DNA of 64,000 nt from Nitrospinales bacterium (GCA_965223795.1 CBDCXL010000002.1:800001-864000), one strand, 5' to 3'; counted from the stretch's first letter, positions 18,873 through 29,646 are shown. A program made the numbers and translations. The notes: generated from the sequence alone by a model not told the origin.

Positions 18873-21203
18873 TTAGGTAATATGAACTTTATAGCCTTCA
18901 AAGTCAGTTGCGATCTTAAAAAGACACTTTTCGAATATTTGAATCTCTACTTTCCGCATTAAATATTCTCTTTGTACTTCCTCATTTCCCATTTCTTGTA
19001 ACCATTCAGGAGGGCTTTCAAGAATTTGACTCATCAGCTCATCATTCTCTGAAAAAGATTGGACATCAATAAAGAAAATGTCTTTTTTTAGATTCACGTT
19101 CTCATCTTCTTGCAATGGTGAGTATTGAGTAAGTGTTCCTAATTTCCTTGAATTTATTAAAAGAAAATGGTCGTCTAGCAACTCATGTAAAAAATGAAAA
19201 ACTGGAATATATATTTTTTTATGTTTAAACCACCCAACAAACCCTCTAATATCCAAAGATTTATCTTCATCTGTTCTACGAGCAACAAAAGCACTTGAAT
19301 ATTCAGAAATTCTCAACAGATAACTTCTCCGCGCGATAATAAAATATTGCGATAAATCCTGACCACCCTGCAACATCGACTCGAACTTACTTGCTCCAAC
19401 AAGAGAACATTTTGAAATAATCTTATTTATAAAAAATATATTTTCGCTAGAGGCTAGCCCCCGACCATATTCCTCTCCCATTTTTTCATAGCGGACAAAC
19501 CATTCATCAAAAAACGCAGATTTATCATATACATTCTTATACCCCCAAGTTTCCAAATCACCAGTGACCACTTCATTGGTTTTATCAACATACTTGTTAT
19601 AGTATTTAAAAATACTCCTCAACAAAGCAAAATCATTAAATGATTGGACTACTTCATTTTTAAACTCAACTATTTTTTTATAACTTATATTTTGATCACG
19701 CTCTATTTTCTCAATTCTTTCTTCTGCGTTCTCTTTCAGCCCAATAAAAAATGGAACCACTTTAACCTCAAATATATTTTCACCATCACCCTCGATCAAT
19801 CCCAATATACTCAAATCATCAATTTCTTCTTTTAGTTTATTTGACACTTCTATTAAATTTTCAATAGAGTAGATCAAATCACTTAATACTGGCACAGTTA
19901 AATCTGGCAACAATTGCGAATAATTAAAATCATAATCCCCTTTTTTATTTTTAGGTATCCCTCTCAGAGATCGCGCCAATAGTAGACAAAAATATTTTTT
20001 AAAAACTTCCCTACTATCAATATGACCCTCCCAAAATGCAAACTTTCTTTCGAATAGATCTTTTTTTAAATATAGACTTAATACTTCTTCAGTTTTATTT
20101 GGAGAAATATCATGCCCCACCCAAACTACTTTTGAACCCGGGGGTTGCTTATATTCCCAAAGATATTTTAAGTAAGAAGGTTTCTTCTTAAACCAGCAAA
20201 ATGCACCAATAGAAAAAACAATAAACAAAAGATTATTATATTTAAAATTTGTGGTCACAAAATAAATTATATCCCTCTCTATCTGCCCTATCTCTTTCTT
20301 TTCATCTTCATTTAAATGTGACTCGATGATTTTTTTTAGTTCATAAAATTTATCAAGCCATATTTCTAATTTTTCTTTTGTATCCAATTCACCTTCAGAA
20401 TCATCAAGAGACTTAGTAATCTTCCCTATTTCAAACTCGATATTTAATTGCTGATATTTTTCATAGTTAATGTCTAACAGATAATTCCCATAATCCCAAA
20501 TTTTCCCCTTGTGATATTCAGGAATATGAACTCCGTCGATCAAATATTGCACGAGGGACTCAAAAATAGAGGTATGGCTCTGTGATATGATGTTTTTTAC
20601 TGCCGAAAAGAAATGCCTATCCAAAAGATCCAGATATGCAAGGTTGAAACCTTCCGACTCATCATAATACCTATTAAAAACAATATTTACGTACCAATTG
20701 ATTGTGGCCGAATACATTGAAACATCATTTTTTTCTATGGCTCTTAATGATATTTGTTCAAGGCTAAAAAGAAGTTGCCTAGCTAATAGTTCATTCAATT
20801 CACTTTTGGAAATCTTACAAACTTCATCTAGAATGTTAATTATCTTTATAGTAGCAAATCTACTTACTTCATCGTTGTTTGACTCAATAGCAGCATCATG
20901 GATTCTTAAAATTTGATTAATTGGAGTCGAAAAAGAAATTAAATATTTTCCAGGATTAAACAATAATCTCTGTTTTGCTTCTTCTTCATCTTCTTTTTCT
21001 ACTTCAAAATATTCCTGGGATAAGAGCAAACGCTCAAATTTTTTTGGGTCATTTCTTTGTATTGCAAAAAGATTTTTTATTATTGCCTCCATCCTTTCAA
21101 GTCCGTTGAATACTACCTCACTCTTATTCCTACGTTTTGTCTCAAATACACATATATCTCCCACCCCTTCAAGAGATCTAATAAATTTCTCCTGTTTGGA
21201 CAT
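18873..21203 (-). CDS. large AT-rich hypothetical protein (~776 aa)
   Basis: Uninterrupted ORF in AT-rich DNA. ATG 21203 lies 7 nt after the stop of the upstream ORF. No motif recognised. Confidence 0.8.
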   Translation of the reverse strand: MSKQEKFIRSLEGVGDICVFETKRRNKSEVVFNGLERMEAIIKNLFAIQRNDPKKFERLLLSQEYFEVEKEDEEEAKQRLLFNPGKYLISFSTPINQILRIHDAAIESNNDEVSRFATIKIINILDEVCKISKSELNELLARQLLFSLEQISLRAIEKNDVSMYSATINWYVNIVFNRYYDESEGFNLAYLDLLDRHFFSAVKNIISQSHTSIFESLVQYLIDGVHIPEYHKGKIWDYGNYLLDINYEKYQQLNIEFEIGKITKSLDDSEGELDTKEKLEIWLDKFYELKKIIESHLNEDEKKEIGQIERDIIYFVTTNFKYNNLLFIVFSIGAFCWFKKKPSYLKYLWEYKQPPGSKVVWVGHDISPNKTEEVLSLYLKKDLFERKFAFWEGHIDSREVFKKYFCLLLARSLRGIPKNKKGDYDFNYSQLLPDLTVPVLSDLIYSIENLIEVSNKLKEEIDDLSILGLIEGDGENIFEVKVVPFFIGLKENAEERIEKIERDQNISYKKIVEFKNEVVQSFNDFALLRSIFKYYNKYVDKTNEVVTGDLETWGYKNVYDKSAFFDEWFVRYEKMGEEYGRGLASSENIFFINKIISKCSLVGASKFESMLQGGQDLSQYFIIARRSYLLRISEYSSAFVARRTDEDKSLDIRGFVGWFKHKKIYIPVFHFLHELLDDHFLLINSRKLGTLTQYSPLQEDENVNLKKDIFFIDVQSFSENDELMSQILESPPEWLQEMGNEEVQREYLMRKVEIQIFEKCLFKIATDFEGYKVHIT

Positions 21204-21210
21204 CAAACTC

Positions 21211-21714
21211 TTACTGTTCTGCAAATTCCTCTGCTTCATCCAGCAACTCTTCAAGAACAAAATGAGGATTAATCACATACTGCTTCAATCTATTTACAAA
21301 ACGCCATAGTACAAAAATCCCACCAAGGAACCACAGAAAAACAATCCAATTAATAGCACTTGAAATATTTTGGCTCATAGTATCTTTCAAAACAAATTTT
21401 ACCGAAATTGAAAAAACAATGTTTGATATCAAAACCCAGGGTAGTATTTTTATTTCCCAATATTGTGAAAAATGATTCGCAATTACTTCCGATTGGTATC
21501 GTTCCGAAATTCTGGACACAATATCAAAACTTAGAGGAATGGCTATGGCAATGACTACTGCCTCAAATGCAATAATGTCGGAAAATGCAGTCATGGAAGG
21601 GTTAGTTTTTATATATTCTGAAATATAAGTAATAAACATTTCTATCCATCCCGCAAACAACTCACCCCCAAAGGCTTTAAACCCTTGAAAATATTCAATT
21701 AAACAATCAAACAT
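21211..21714 (-). CDS. AT-rich membrane protein, about 3 TM helices
   Basis: IIAFEAVVIAIAIPLSF-ISERYQS, ILPWVLISNIVFSI, INWIVFLWFLGGIFVLW. Confidence 0.75.
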   Translation of the reverse strand: MFDCLIEYFQGFKAFGGELFAGWIEMFITYISEYIKTNPSMTAFSDIIAFEAVVIAIAIPLSFDIVSRISERYQSEVIANHFSQYWEIKILPWVLISNIVFSISVKFVLKDTMSQNISSAINWIVFLWFLGGIFVLWRFVNRLKQYVINPHFVLEELLDEAEEFAEQ

Positions 21715-21819
21715 AGGTTTTCATCTTTTAATTATTTCTACTATTAATACTTTCGGTCAGTCGGAATGATTTCAAGAGAATTCTCTACAAAAATATCTAT
21801 TTATTAGATTTAACAATAA

Positions 21820-22167
21820 TCAAAGAATCTCCAACACCTGTTCGGGCGGGCGGCCGAGGGCGGCTTTGTTGTTGGCGAGGACGATGGGCCTCTCGATGAG
21901 GATGGGATTGTCGATCATGGCCTGGATGAGCGCGTCGTCGGTCAACGCGGGATCGTTGAGGTTGTTTTCTTTGTAGGCGGTCTCCTTTTTGCGCATCAGC
22001 TCGCGCGGCTTGATATTGAGCTTGGTGAGGATGTCTTTGAGCGTTGCCGCTGTCGGCGGGGTTTTCAGGTATTCGACGATGTCCGGCTCGACGCCGTTTT
22101 GCTTGAGCAGGTCCAGGGTCTGGCGCGATTTGGAGCATTTGGGATTGTGGTACACGGTGACGGTCAT
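21820..22167 (-). CDS. arsC: arsenate reductase (glutaredoxin-type) ArsC family
   Basis: YHNPKCSKSR, EYLKTPP, PILIERPIV, GRPPEQV. Confidence 0.92.
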   Translation of the reverse strand: MTVTVYHNPKCSKSRQTLDLLKQNGVEPDIVEYLKTPPTAATLKDILTKLNIKPRELMRKKETAYKENNLNDPALTDDALIQAMIDNPILIERPIVLANNKAALGRPPEQVLEIL

Positions 22168-22241
22168 AAAAATTCGTTCTCCGTTATTGAGATTGCTCTT
22201 TACTAAAAAGTGCCGCTCTGTTCAACGCATCTTGGTTTCCC

Positions 22242-25200
22242 TCACTCCGCCGGGGAGCCGGAAGGGGAACGCAGTTCGGGCGGGTCCTTGTCGAGGGATT
22301 CCTTGACGAGGTCTGCTTTGGTGGTGTGGATGCCCGCATCCATCATCAGGGACATGAGCACCGGCACGAGGAACAGGGTGAAGACGGCGGAGACGGACAG
22401 CCCGCCGATGAGCGCCGTGCCCATGCCGCGGTACAGCTCGGTGCCCGCGCCTTCGCCGAAGGCCAGCGGGAACATGCCGAACACGCTGGAGATGACGGTC
22501 ATCATGATGGGCCTGAGCCGCGTCTCGCAGGATTTTTCCAGCGCCTCGCGTTCGTCCATGCCGCTTTTGATGTTGTTGAGCATCTGGTGGACGATGAGGA
22601 TGGCGTTGTTGACCACGATGCCCGCCAGGATGATGATGCCGAGCTGGGTCAGGATGTCGAAGGTGATCCAGTTCCAGCCCGCCGCCATTTTCTCGGCGTT
22701 GGGCACCTCCCATTCGTTCAGAATCCCCTCGATGAAAAAACGCTGCAGCGCGTTGTTGCCGACGATGCCCAAAAATGCGCCGGAGACGGCGAAGGTCACG
22801 GTCAGCATGACGATGAAGGGGCGCACGAACGAAGCGAACAACGCGACCAGCAGCAGGTAGATGAAACCGATGGCGTACCAGAAACTGTTCATCAGGGATT
22901 TCTGCGTCGAGGCCAGTTCGTCGGCGGAACCGCCCACGCGCAGGCCGAACTCCTGACTCATCGTGAGCCGCTGAGGCGCCAGGGCTTCTTCTTCGACGGC
23001 GTTGATGACCTGCTGCATGGGGATGTCTTTTTTCACCTGCACCAGCAGATTGATGGCGCGCTCTTTTTCGATGTGGTCGATGCGCGCGGGTCCGGCGTCG
23101 ATCTCGATGTCGGCCAGGTGGCCGAGGTGGGTCATGCGGTCGTCGCCGGTCCAGATCGGCAGGCTGCGGTAGTCCTGCAGGCCCAGCTTCCTGGTGTCTT
23201 TCTTCTGCACCAGCACGAAATCGATCGGCTCGCCGCGGTCGTTGTACTCACCCAGATATTTGCCGGCGTTCAGCGCTTCGACGATGTCGCCGATCTCCTG
23301 CATGCCCATGTCGAGGCGGGCGGCCTGTTCGCGCCGCGGCAAAAACCGAAGCTCGGGGTTGCCGAACTTGAATTCCGGGCGCACGGAATGCACGCCGTCA
23401 ACCTGCGAGATAGTGCCGACCAGCGACTGGGCGATGTCCTTGAGCCGGAACATGTCGGGGCCGGTGATCTCGACCTGAAAGGTCTTGTCCGCCGAGCGGA
23501 AGATGGGCCGCTGGTTGGCGAAGGCGAATCGGTAGCCGGGGATCTTGAAAATCTCCCGTCCCATCTCGTTTGATTTCACGGCCATCTTGACCTCGCCGCG
23601 CTGGCCGTGCGCCAGGTCTTTCTGGATGATGGCGCCGCCGCCGTTGAAGCGCCCGGAAAACACCAGGAAGTTGCGGTCGACGTCCTCCATGTTGACGATT
23701 TTCTTCTCGTAGGGCGCAAAGTATTCCATGTTCTTGTCGGCGGGCACGCCCGCGACCGGTTCGATGAACATGAACACCATGTTGGTGTTGCCGTACGGCA
23801 GGTAATCGGGCGCGGGCAGAATGACGGTGCTCCACCACAGGATGAACGACACGCCCGCGACGATGCACACTTTGACGATCACAGCAAACGGGGAGCGGCT
23901 GAGCACGCGGTGCATGAAACGGGTGTAGCCTTTTTTCAGGCTTTCGCCGAGCTTAATAGCGGGCCGCATGAGTGTCTGGTGCAGGATGCCCGCGCGGTAT
24001 TCCTCGCCGGGCTTGAGCCGGATGAGCAGGGTGGTCAGCGTCGGGATCACGGTGATGGACACGAGCAGCGACATGGCGATGCTGGCGCTGATGGTGATGG
24101 CGATGTCCTCGAACATCTGCCCGGCTTCTTCCTCGACGAACATGATGGGCACGAACACCGCCAGCGTGGTGAGCGTGGCGGCCATCACCGCGCCCCAGAC
24201 TTCCGAAGCGCCGTCGTAGGCGGCTTTCATCACGCCTTTCTTCATGGTGAGGTGGCGGTAGATGTTTTCCAGCACCACGATGGAGTTGTCCACCACCATG
24301 CCCACGGCGAAGGCCATGCCCGCAAGCGAGATGATGTTGATGCTGCGGCCGAGCAGCTTGAGAATGATGAAAACGGAAACCAGGCTCACGGGGATGCTGA
24401 TGGCCACGATCAGCACCGAGCGGAACGATCCGAGAAACACCAGCAGCACCAGAACCGCGAGCACCGCCCCGAGGCCGAGGTTGGATTTGACGAGCCGCAT
24501 GGCCTCGTCGATGTAGTCCACGTCTTTGTAGACGATCTTGAGGCTCAGCGGAATGCCGCGGTTCAGCAGTTCCTCGTTGAGTTCTTTCACCGCCTCGGCG
24601 GTCAGGTTGCAGGTCTCCACCACGTTGGCGCCGGGCTTGCGGATGATGCCGAAGGCGTTGGACAGCTTGCCGCTGATGCGCACCAGCGATGAGGTGCGCT
24701 GGTAGCCGTCCACCACGGTGGCGAAGTCCTTGACGCGGATGGTGCGGTCGCCGTCGCGCTTGATGACGGTGTTCTCGATCTCCTCGGCGCTGGTGAACTC
24801 ACCCAGCGTGCGCACGGTGTATTCGCGGTTTTCCTCTTCATGAAATCCCGCGCGCGTGTTCTGGTTCTCCACCGACAGCCTGCGGATCACATCCTCATAG
24901 GTGAGGTGCAGCCGCGCCATGCTGTACGGATCGAATTCGACGCGCATCTCCCGTTCCTCGCCGCCGAAGTGCCACGCGTCCGCCACGCCCGTCACCCGCA
25001 GCAGTTTGGGGATGACGATGTCCTCGCCGATCTTGTACATGTAGTTCTGGTTGAGATCGGGCATCCGCGGATTGGGCTTGCTGAACACGATCCACATGAT
25101 CGGGCTGGAATTGTCGGTGGACACGGACTTCATCGTCGGCTTGTCGGCCAGAACGGGAAGGTCCTTCACCTGCTGCAGCTTGTTGTTCACATCGATGGCG

Positions 25201-25511
25201 GCGATGTTCTTGTCGACACCCCAGTCGAATTCCAGCGTGATGATGCTCTGGCCGTGCTGGCTGCGCGAGGTCATCTTCTTGAGGCCCTCGACGGACTCCA
25301 GCTGCTCTTCCAGGCGGCGGGTGATGTTGCGCTCCACCTCGTTGGGGGACAGTCCGCGGTACTCGGTTTTCACCTCGATGATGGGCTTGTCCACGGTGGG
25401 CGTGAGCTGGCGCGGCAGCACCTTGAAGCAGAGCATGCCCACCGACGCCATCAGGACGATGAGCACCGTCACGGTGTGGTAGTTGCGGATGGACTGATCG
25501 ATCAGCTTCAT
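22242..25511 (-). CDS. RND efflux transporter permease (AcrB/SwrC-like)
   Basis: 1089 aa, GMVVDNSIVVLENI, IVVNNAILIV, RLRPIMMT. Confidence 0.95.
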   Translation of the reverse strand: MKLIDQSIRNYHTVTVLIVLMASVGMLCFKVLPRQLTPTVDKPIIEVKTEYRGLSPNEVERNITRRLEEQLESVEGLKKMTSRSQHGQSIITLEFDWGVDKNIAAIDVNNKLQQVKDLPVLADKPTMKSVSTDNSSPIMWIVFSKPNPRMPDLNQNYMYKIGEDIVIPKLLRVTGVADAWHFGGEEREMRVEFDPYSMARLHLTYEDVIRRLSVENQNTRAGFHEEENREYTVRTLGEFTSAEEIENTVIKRDGDRTIRVKDFATVVDGYQRTSSLVRISGKLSNAFGIIRKPGANVVETCNLTAEAVKELNEELLNRGIPLSLKIVYKDVDYIDEAMRLVKSNLGLGAVLAVLVLLVFLGSFRSVLIVAISIPVSLVSVFIILKLLGRSINIISLAGMAFAVGMVVDNSIVVLENIYRHLTMKKGVMKAAYDGASEVWGAVMAATLTTLAVFVPIMFVEEEAGQMFEDIAITISASIAMSLLVSITVIPTLTTLLIRLKPGEEYRAGILHQTLMRPAIKLGESLKKGYTRFMHRVLSRSPFAVIVKVCIVAGVSFILWWSTVILPAPDYLPYGNTNMVFMFIEPVAGVPADKNMEYFAPYEKKIVNMEDVDRNFLVFSGRFNGGGAIIQKDLAHGQRGEVKMAVKSNEMGREIFKIPGYRFAFANQRPIFRSADKTFQVEITGPDMFRLKDIAQSLVGTISQVDGVHSVRPEFKFGNPELRFLPRREQAARLDMGMQEIGDIVEALNAGKYLGEYNDRGEPIDFVLVQKKDTRKLGLQDYRSLPIWTGDDRMTHLGHLADIEIDAGPARIDHIEKERAINLLVQVKKDIPMQQVINAVEEEALAPQRLTMSQEFGLRVGGSADELASTQKSLMNSFWYAIGFIYLLLVALFASFVRPFIVMLTVTFAVSGAFLGIVGNNALQRFFIEGILNEWEVPNAEKMAAGWNWITFDILTQLGIIILAGIVVNNAILIVHQMLNNIKSGMDEREALEKSCETRLRPIMMTVISSVFGMFPLAFGEGAGTELYRGMGTALIGGLSVSAVFTLFLVPVLMSLMMDAGIHTTKADLVKESLDKDPPELRSPSGSPAE

Positions 25512-26875
25512 CAGGTCTCAGGCGATTTCACCTGTTCCTTGCCGGTATCCGGTTCTTTCGACGCGGCGTTGAACGGGGTCTGGGTTTCCGGTTCCGGATT
25601 GGTGGCGAACACTTTGGCGCCGGGGAACACCGCACCCGAGCCGCGCAACACCAGATCCACGTCCGGACCGAGCTGGTGGGTGAAGTCCTCGATTTCCACG
25701 TATTCGTTGCGCTCCTTGAAGGCTTTCACGGGAACCAGGTGCGCCCGCTGATCCTTGACGATGTACACCACGGTGCCCTGCTCGGTAATCACCAGGGACA
25801 CGGAGGGCACGTGCAGCACGTTCTTGCGCGTGCCGAAGCGCAGCAGCGCCTCCAGGTTCAGGCCGGGAAACAGCGAGGGATCGGGGTCCGGCAGGTCGAC
25901 CTGCACCTTGATGTTGCCCGAATAAATATTGGCGTCGGGGATCACCCGCACCTGTCTGGCGAGCTCGCTGCCGTGCTGGAAGCGCAGCCCGAGATCGCGC
26001 ACCAGAAAATCCGCGCCCTGCAGATTTTCCAGCTTGCCGCGGTAGCTCTGCGGCATCTCCAGCACCACTTTCAGGCGCGAAGAGCCGATCATCTCGACGA
26101 TGGGGGTTCCCGCCGGAGCGTAGGCGCCGCGCTCGATTTTCTTGGCGATGATCACGCCGGAAAACGGCGCACGGATGGAACCTTTGTTGAGATCCAGCCT
26201 GGCGACGGCGATCTTTTTCTTGATCCCCTCGACTTCCGCCTTTTTCAGATCGATGTCTTCGTCGCGCGATTTCATACCGGCGGCGAGCGCCGCTTTACTG
26301 GCCCTGAGCGCATCGGCGGCGCGCCGCACCTTATCGATCGCCTGGTCCAGCTCCGACTGCGAGATGAAGCCCTGGGCGATCAGCTTCTCCACGCGCACTT
26401 TTTCCTTGTTCGCAAGGTCGAGCGCGCTGGCGTCGGCGCTCACCTGGGCTTCGAGCTTTTCTTTGTCTTCGGGACGCAGTCCCTGCAAGGCTTTCTGGTA
26501 TTCTTTTTCCGCGGCCGCGAGTTCGGTCTGCAGGCGCTCTTTCTCAAGGCGGTACTCGCGCGGATCGACCTGTGCCAGCAGAGCGCCGCGTTTCACCTTC
26601 TGCCCTTCGTCCACGGAAATTTTCGTGATCTGCCCGGCGACCTCGGTGGTGATCATGACGCGTTGCTCGGCCTGCAGGTTGCCGACGGTGCGCACCTGAT
26701 CGATGACGTCCATGTAGACGACCTTGCCGATCTGAACGGGAAGGGAAAACTCGCGTTTTTTGTTTTCGGTTTCGGCGGCCGGCCCGCCGCAGGCGCTGAG
26801 GGCAAGCACGAATCCCCAAAATAACAAAACATTTGGCCAGACCTTCCGGCCGTATCCCCATTTGATATAATTCAC
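25511..26875 (-). CDS. RND efflux periplasmic adaptor (MFP) lipoprotein
   Basis: Lipobox LSAC, VAGQITKISVDEGQKV, IRAPFSGVI, long coiled coil. The stop overlaps the permease start. Confidence 0.93.
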   Translation of the reverse strand: MNYIKWGYGRKVWPNVLLFWGFVLALSACGGPAAETENKKREFSLPVQIGKVVYMDVIDQVRTVGNLQAEQRVMITTEVAGQITKISVDEGQKVKRGALLAQVDPREYRLEKERLQTELAAAEKEYQKALQGLRPEDKEKLEAQVSADASALDLANKEKVRVEKLIAQGFISQSELDQAIDKVRRAADALRASKAALAAGMKSRDEDIDLKKAEVEGIKKKIAVARLDLNKGSIRAPFSGVIIAKKIERGAYAPAGTPIVEMIGSSRLKVVLEMPQSYRGKLENLQGADFLVRDLGLRFQHGSELARQVRVIPDANIYSGNIKVQVDLPDPDPSLFPGLNLEALLRFGTRKNVLHVPSVSLVITEQGTVVYIVKDQRAHLVPVKAFKERNEYVEIEDFTHQLGPDVDLVLRGSGAVFPGAKVFATNPEPETQTPFNAASKEPDTGKEQVKSPET

Positions 26876-26945
26876 AAAAGCCTTTTATTTTTATAGATAA
26901 TATTGCATCCATTATCCTACATAAACCCTTCAATTACAAGATTTC

Positions 26946-27878
26946 ATGAACTTATCTTCTCCTCCCCGGTTCCCGCTTGAGGATTTCGACTACCGGCTGC
27001 TGGACAGCGGCCAGTTTAAAAAGCTCGAACGGTTCGGACCGCATGTGTTCATCCGGCCGGCGCCGCAGGCGATCTGGCCGCAATCGCGGCCCGCGAGCGA
27101 CTGGCAACAGGCGGAAGCCGAGTACCGTTATTTCAAGGGCAAGGAATCGGGCGGCGAGTGGAACTTTTATTCCGCGCTTCCGGAAGCGGGCTGGAAACTG
27201 AACTTCAAGGACCTGACGTTCAAGGTCCGGCCCACCGGGTTCGGCCATATCGGCCTGTTTCCGGAGCAGGCGCTCAACTGGCTCTGGCTGATGGATCTGA
27301 TCCGCCGGTCGGACCGTGACGCAGTGCAGGTGCTCAACGTGTTCGGCTACACAGGCGCCAGCACGCTGGCCGCGGCGGCGGCGGGCGCGCACGTCACGCA
27401 TGTGGACGCGTCCAAGGCCTCGGTCACCTGGGCGCGGGAAAACCAGGTGCTTTCCGGTCTCGCCGACAAGCCGGTGCGCTGGATCGTGGACGACGTGCCG
27501 AAATTTCTCAACCGTGAATTCAAACGCGGACGGCGCTACGACGGCATCATCATGGACCCGCCGACGTTCGGCCGCGGGCCGAAGGGAGAAGTCTGGAAAA
27601 TCGAAACCCGGCTGGCGGAACTGATGCAGCAGATTCAGAAGATCCTGAGCGAGGGACCGCTTTTCATTTTATTGACCACGCACTCGCCCGGCTTTTCCGG
27701 CCTGACGCTGAAAAACATGGTGTTGAAGTACCTGGTGCCGCCGGAGCGCGGCACGTTCGAAACGCAGGAGATGTACATCCTCGACACGGGCTCGGGCCTG
27801 CACCTGCCCAACGGCTTTTATTCGCGCTGGTGCAACGGCGTGTCGTTGCCCTCGGAACCGCCCACATCCGCCGCCTGA
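26946..27878 (+). CDS. class I SAM-dependent methyltransferase (RlmI/YwbD-like)
   Basis: LLDSG..KLERFG, GHIGLFPEQ, VLNVFGYTG, DGIIMDPPTFGRG. Confidence 0.9.
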   Translation: MNLSSPPRFPLEDFDYRLLDSGQFKKLERFGPHVFIRPAPQAIWPQSRPASDWQQAEAEYRYFKGKESGGEWNFYSALPEAGWKLNFKDLTFKVRPTGFGHIGLFPEQALNWLWLMDLIRRSDRDAVQVLNVFGYTGASTLAAAAAGAHVTHVDASKASVTWARENQVLSGLADKPVRWIVDDVPKFLNREFKRGRRYDGIIMDPPTFGRGPKGEVWKIETRLAELMQQIQKILSEGPLFILLTTHSPGFSGLTLKNMVLKYLVPPERGTFETQEMYILDTGSGLHLPNGFYSRWCNGVSLPSEPPTSAA

Positions 27879-27987
27879 GCATGCGAGGGTCTCCTGCAAT
27901 TCTTATGTGCCGGGACTCCCTGCTTGCAGTTATAATCGGGCGGACAACCTTTCTTTTAAAATTAGATTTTTGCATGCGTTTCGTTTT

Positions 27988-28047
27988 TGTCATGCTGAGC
28001 TTGTCGAAGCATGAATCAGGGCACCCTTCGACAGGCTCAGGGTGACA
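27988..28047. repeat. REP-like palindromic element
   Basis: TGTCATGCTGAGCTTGTCGAAG ... CTTCGACAGGCTCAGGGTGACA imperfect inverted repeat in an intergenic gap. Confidence 0.75.
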
Positions 28048-28105
28048 CACGCACTCAATTTCTTAAACGTTCGGCTTATGCAAAAATCTTTACAACGAGG
28101 CATTC

Positions 28106-29632
28106 ATGGCAAGCGCGTTCTACCATCACCTGAAAACCCATGCGGAGCAATCCCCCGGCCACCCCGCGGTCATCGACGGGGACACCATCCTCGATTACGC
28201 AACCCTGCTGGAGCAGGTTGAACGCTTCGCGGGCGGGCTGTCGCGGCTCAACCTCACGCCGCACAGCAAACTCGGGATCTTCTGCCTCAACCAGAGGGAA
28301 AACCTGGTGGGCACGCTGGCGGCGTTTCTAAAAGGCGTGCCGGTGGTGCCGTTCAACTTTCTCCTGGGGGCGGAGGATCTGGCCTTCATCGCCAAAGACG
28401 CCCAAATAGACACACTCATGGTGGACGCGGCGTTTCTCAAACCGGAAACGATTCCCTTGTTCAAGCAATTTCCCAACAAGATCGTCACCGGCCCGGCGGA
28501 CGCCGGCGCGCTGGGGCCCGGTACGCAAAAGTTCGAGGATTTCCTCGCCAATTCGGAGCGGGAGGACGGGTCGAACCCGCACGTCAAAGCGGAAGGGATT
28601 CCCAGCGTGATCGTGTACACGTCCGGCACCACCGCGCGGCCGAAAGGCGTGATGCTGGAGGAGCGCCAGTTCGAGCTCAACTGCGACGGCATTCTGGCCC
28701 ATCTCGACCTGAACAACCGGGACAAGGCGATCGTCGCCCTGCCCCTGTTTCATTCGTTCGGCAACATCATGGCGCTGGTCCTGCTCCGGGTCGGGGCGAC
28801 ACTGATCCTGCTGCGCCAGTTCGCTCCCAAGGCGATCCTGTCGGCGATCACGGCGCACAAGGCGACGCTGCTGCCGCTGGTGCCGACGATCTATTCCTTT
28901 CTGGTCGAGCTGTACGCGCGCGGCGGTCACGACGTGTCCTCGCTGCGCTGCTGCATCTCGGGCGGCGCGTCGCTGCCGGAAGCGCTGCACAACAAAGTGA
29001 CCGAAGTGTTGAAAACCCGCGTCGTCGAGGGCTACGGCCTGACCGAAACGTCGCCGGTGATTTCCGTCAACACGATGCAGAAGCAGGTTGCCGGATCGGT
29101 GGGGCCGGTTCTGCCCAACCTCGAAATTCAGATCGTGGATGAAGCCGGAAAACCGGTGGACACCGGCCAGGTCGGGGAAATCCAGGTGCGCGGGGAAACG
29201 GTGATGAAAGGGTACTGGCGCAATCCGGAAGAAACCGGGGCGATCCTGACTGCGGACGGCTGGCTGAAAACGGGAGACCTGGGTCACCTGGACGCGGACG
29301 GGTTCCTGTTCATCTCAGGCGGCCGGAAAAAGGACATGATCATCCGCGCGGGCGAGAACGTGTCGCCTCTGGGGATCGAAAACGCACTGCTGAACCACCC
29401 GGCCCTCGCGGAGGCGGCGGCGGTGGGCATCGCGGACGAACGCGTCGGCGAAAAGGTGAAAGCCTGCGTGGTGCTGCGCGAGGGCTGCGAGGCCAGCGAG
29501 CAGGAATTGAAAGCATTCTGCCGTAAAAAGCTGCCGGCGTTCATGGTGCCGGACACCATCCAGTTCTACGACGCGCTGCCGAAAAATCCCACCGGAAAAA
29601 TCCTAAAAAACAAGCTGCGCGAATCGTCCTGA
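28106..29632 (+). CDS. long-chain fatty acid-CoA ligase (AMP-binding family)
   Basis: YTSGTTARPKG, EGYGLTET, WLKTGDLG, PKNPTGKILK. Confidence 0.93.
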   Translation: MASAFYHHLKTHAEQSPGHPAVIDGDTILDYATLLEQVERFAGGLSRLNLTPHSKLGIFCLNQRENLVGTLAAFLKGVPVVPFNFLLGAEDLAFIAKDAQIDTLMVDAAFLKPETIPLFKQFPNKIVTGPADAGALGPGTQKFEDFLANSEREDGSNPHVKAEGIPSVIVYTSGTTARPKGVMLEERQFELNCDGILAHLDLNNRDKAIVALPLFHSFGNIMALVLLRVGATLILLRQFAPKAILSAITAHKATLLPLVPTIYSFLVELYARGGHDVSSLRCCISGGASLPEALHNKVTEVLKTRVVEGYGLTETSPVISVNTMQKQVAGSVGPVLPNLEIQIVDEAGKPVDTGQVGEIQVRGETVMKGYWRNPEETGAILTADGWLKTGDLGHLDADGFLFISGGRKKDMIIRAGENVSPLGIENALLNHPALAEAAAVGIADERVGEKVKACVVLREGCEASEQELKAFCRKKLPAFMVPDTIQFYDALPKNPTGKILKNKLRESS

Positions 29633-29646
29633 CAAAACGGCGGACG

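Noticed and set aside
18859..21824. 10-bp inverted match (TTTGATTATT / AATAATCAAA) at the two ends of the AT-rich insert
   Set aside because: Short, low-complexity and not extendable. No target duplication or transposase, so chance is likely.
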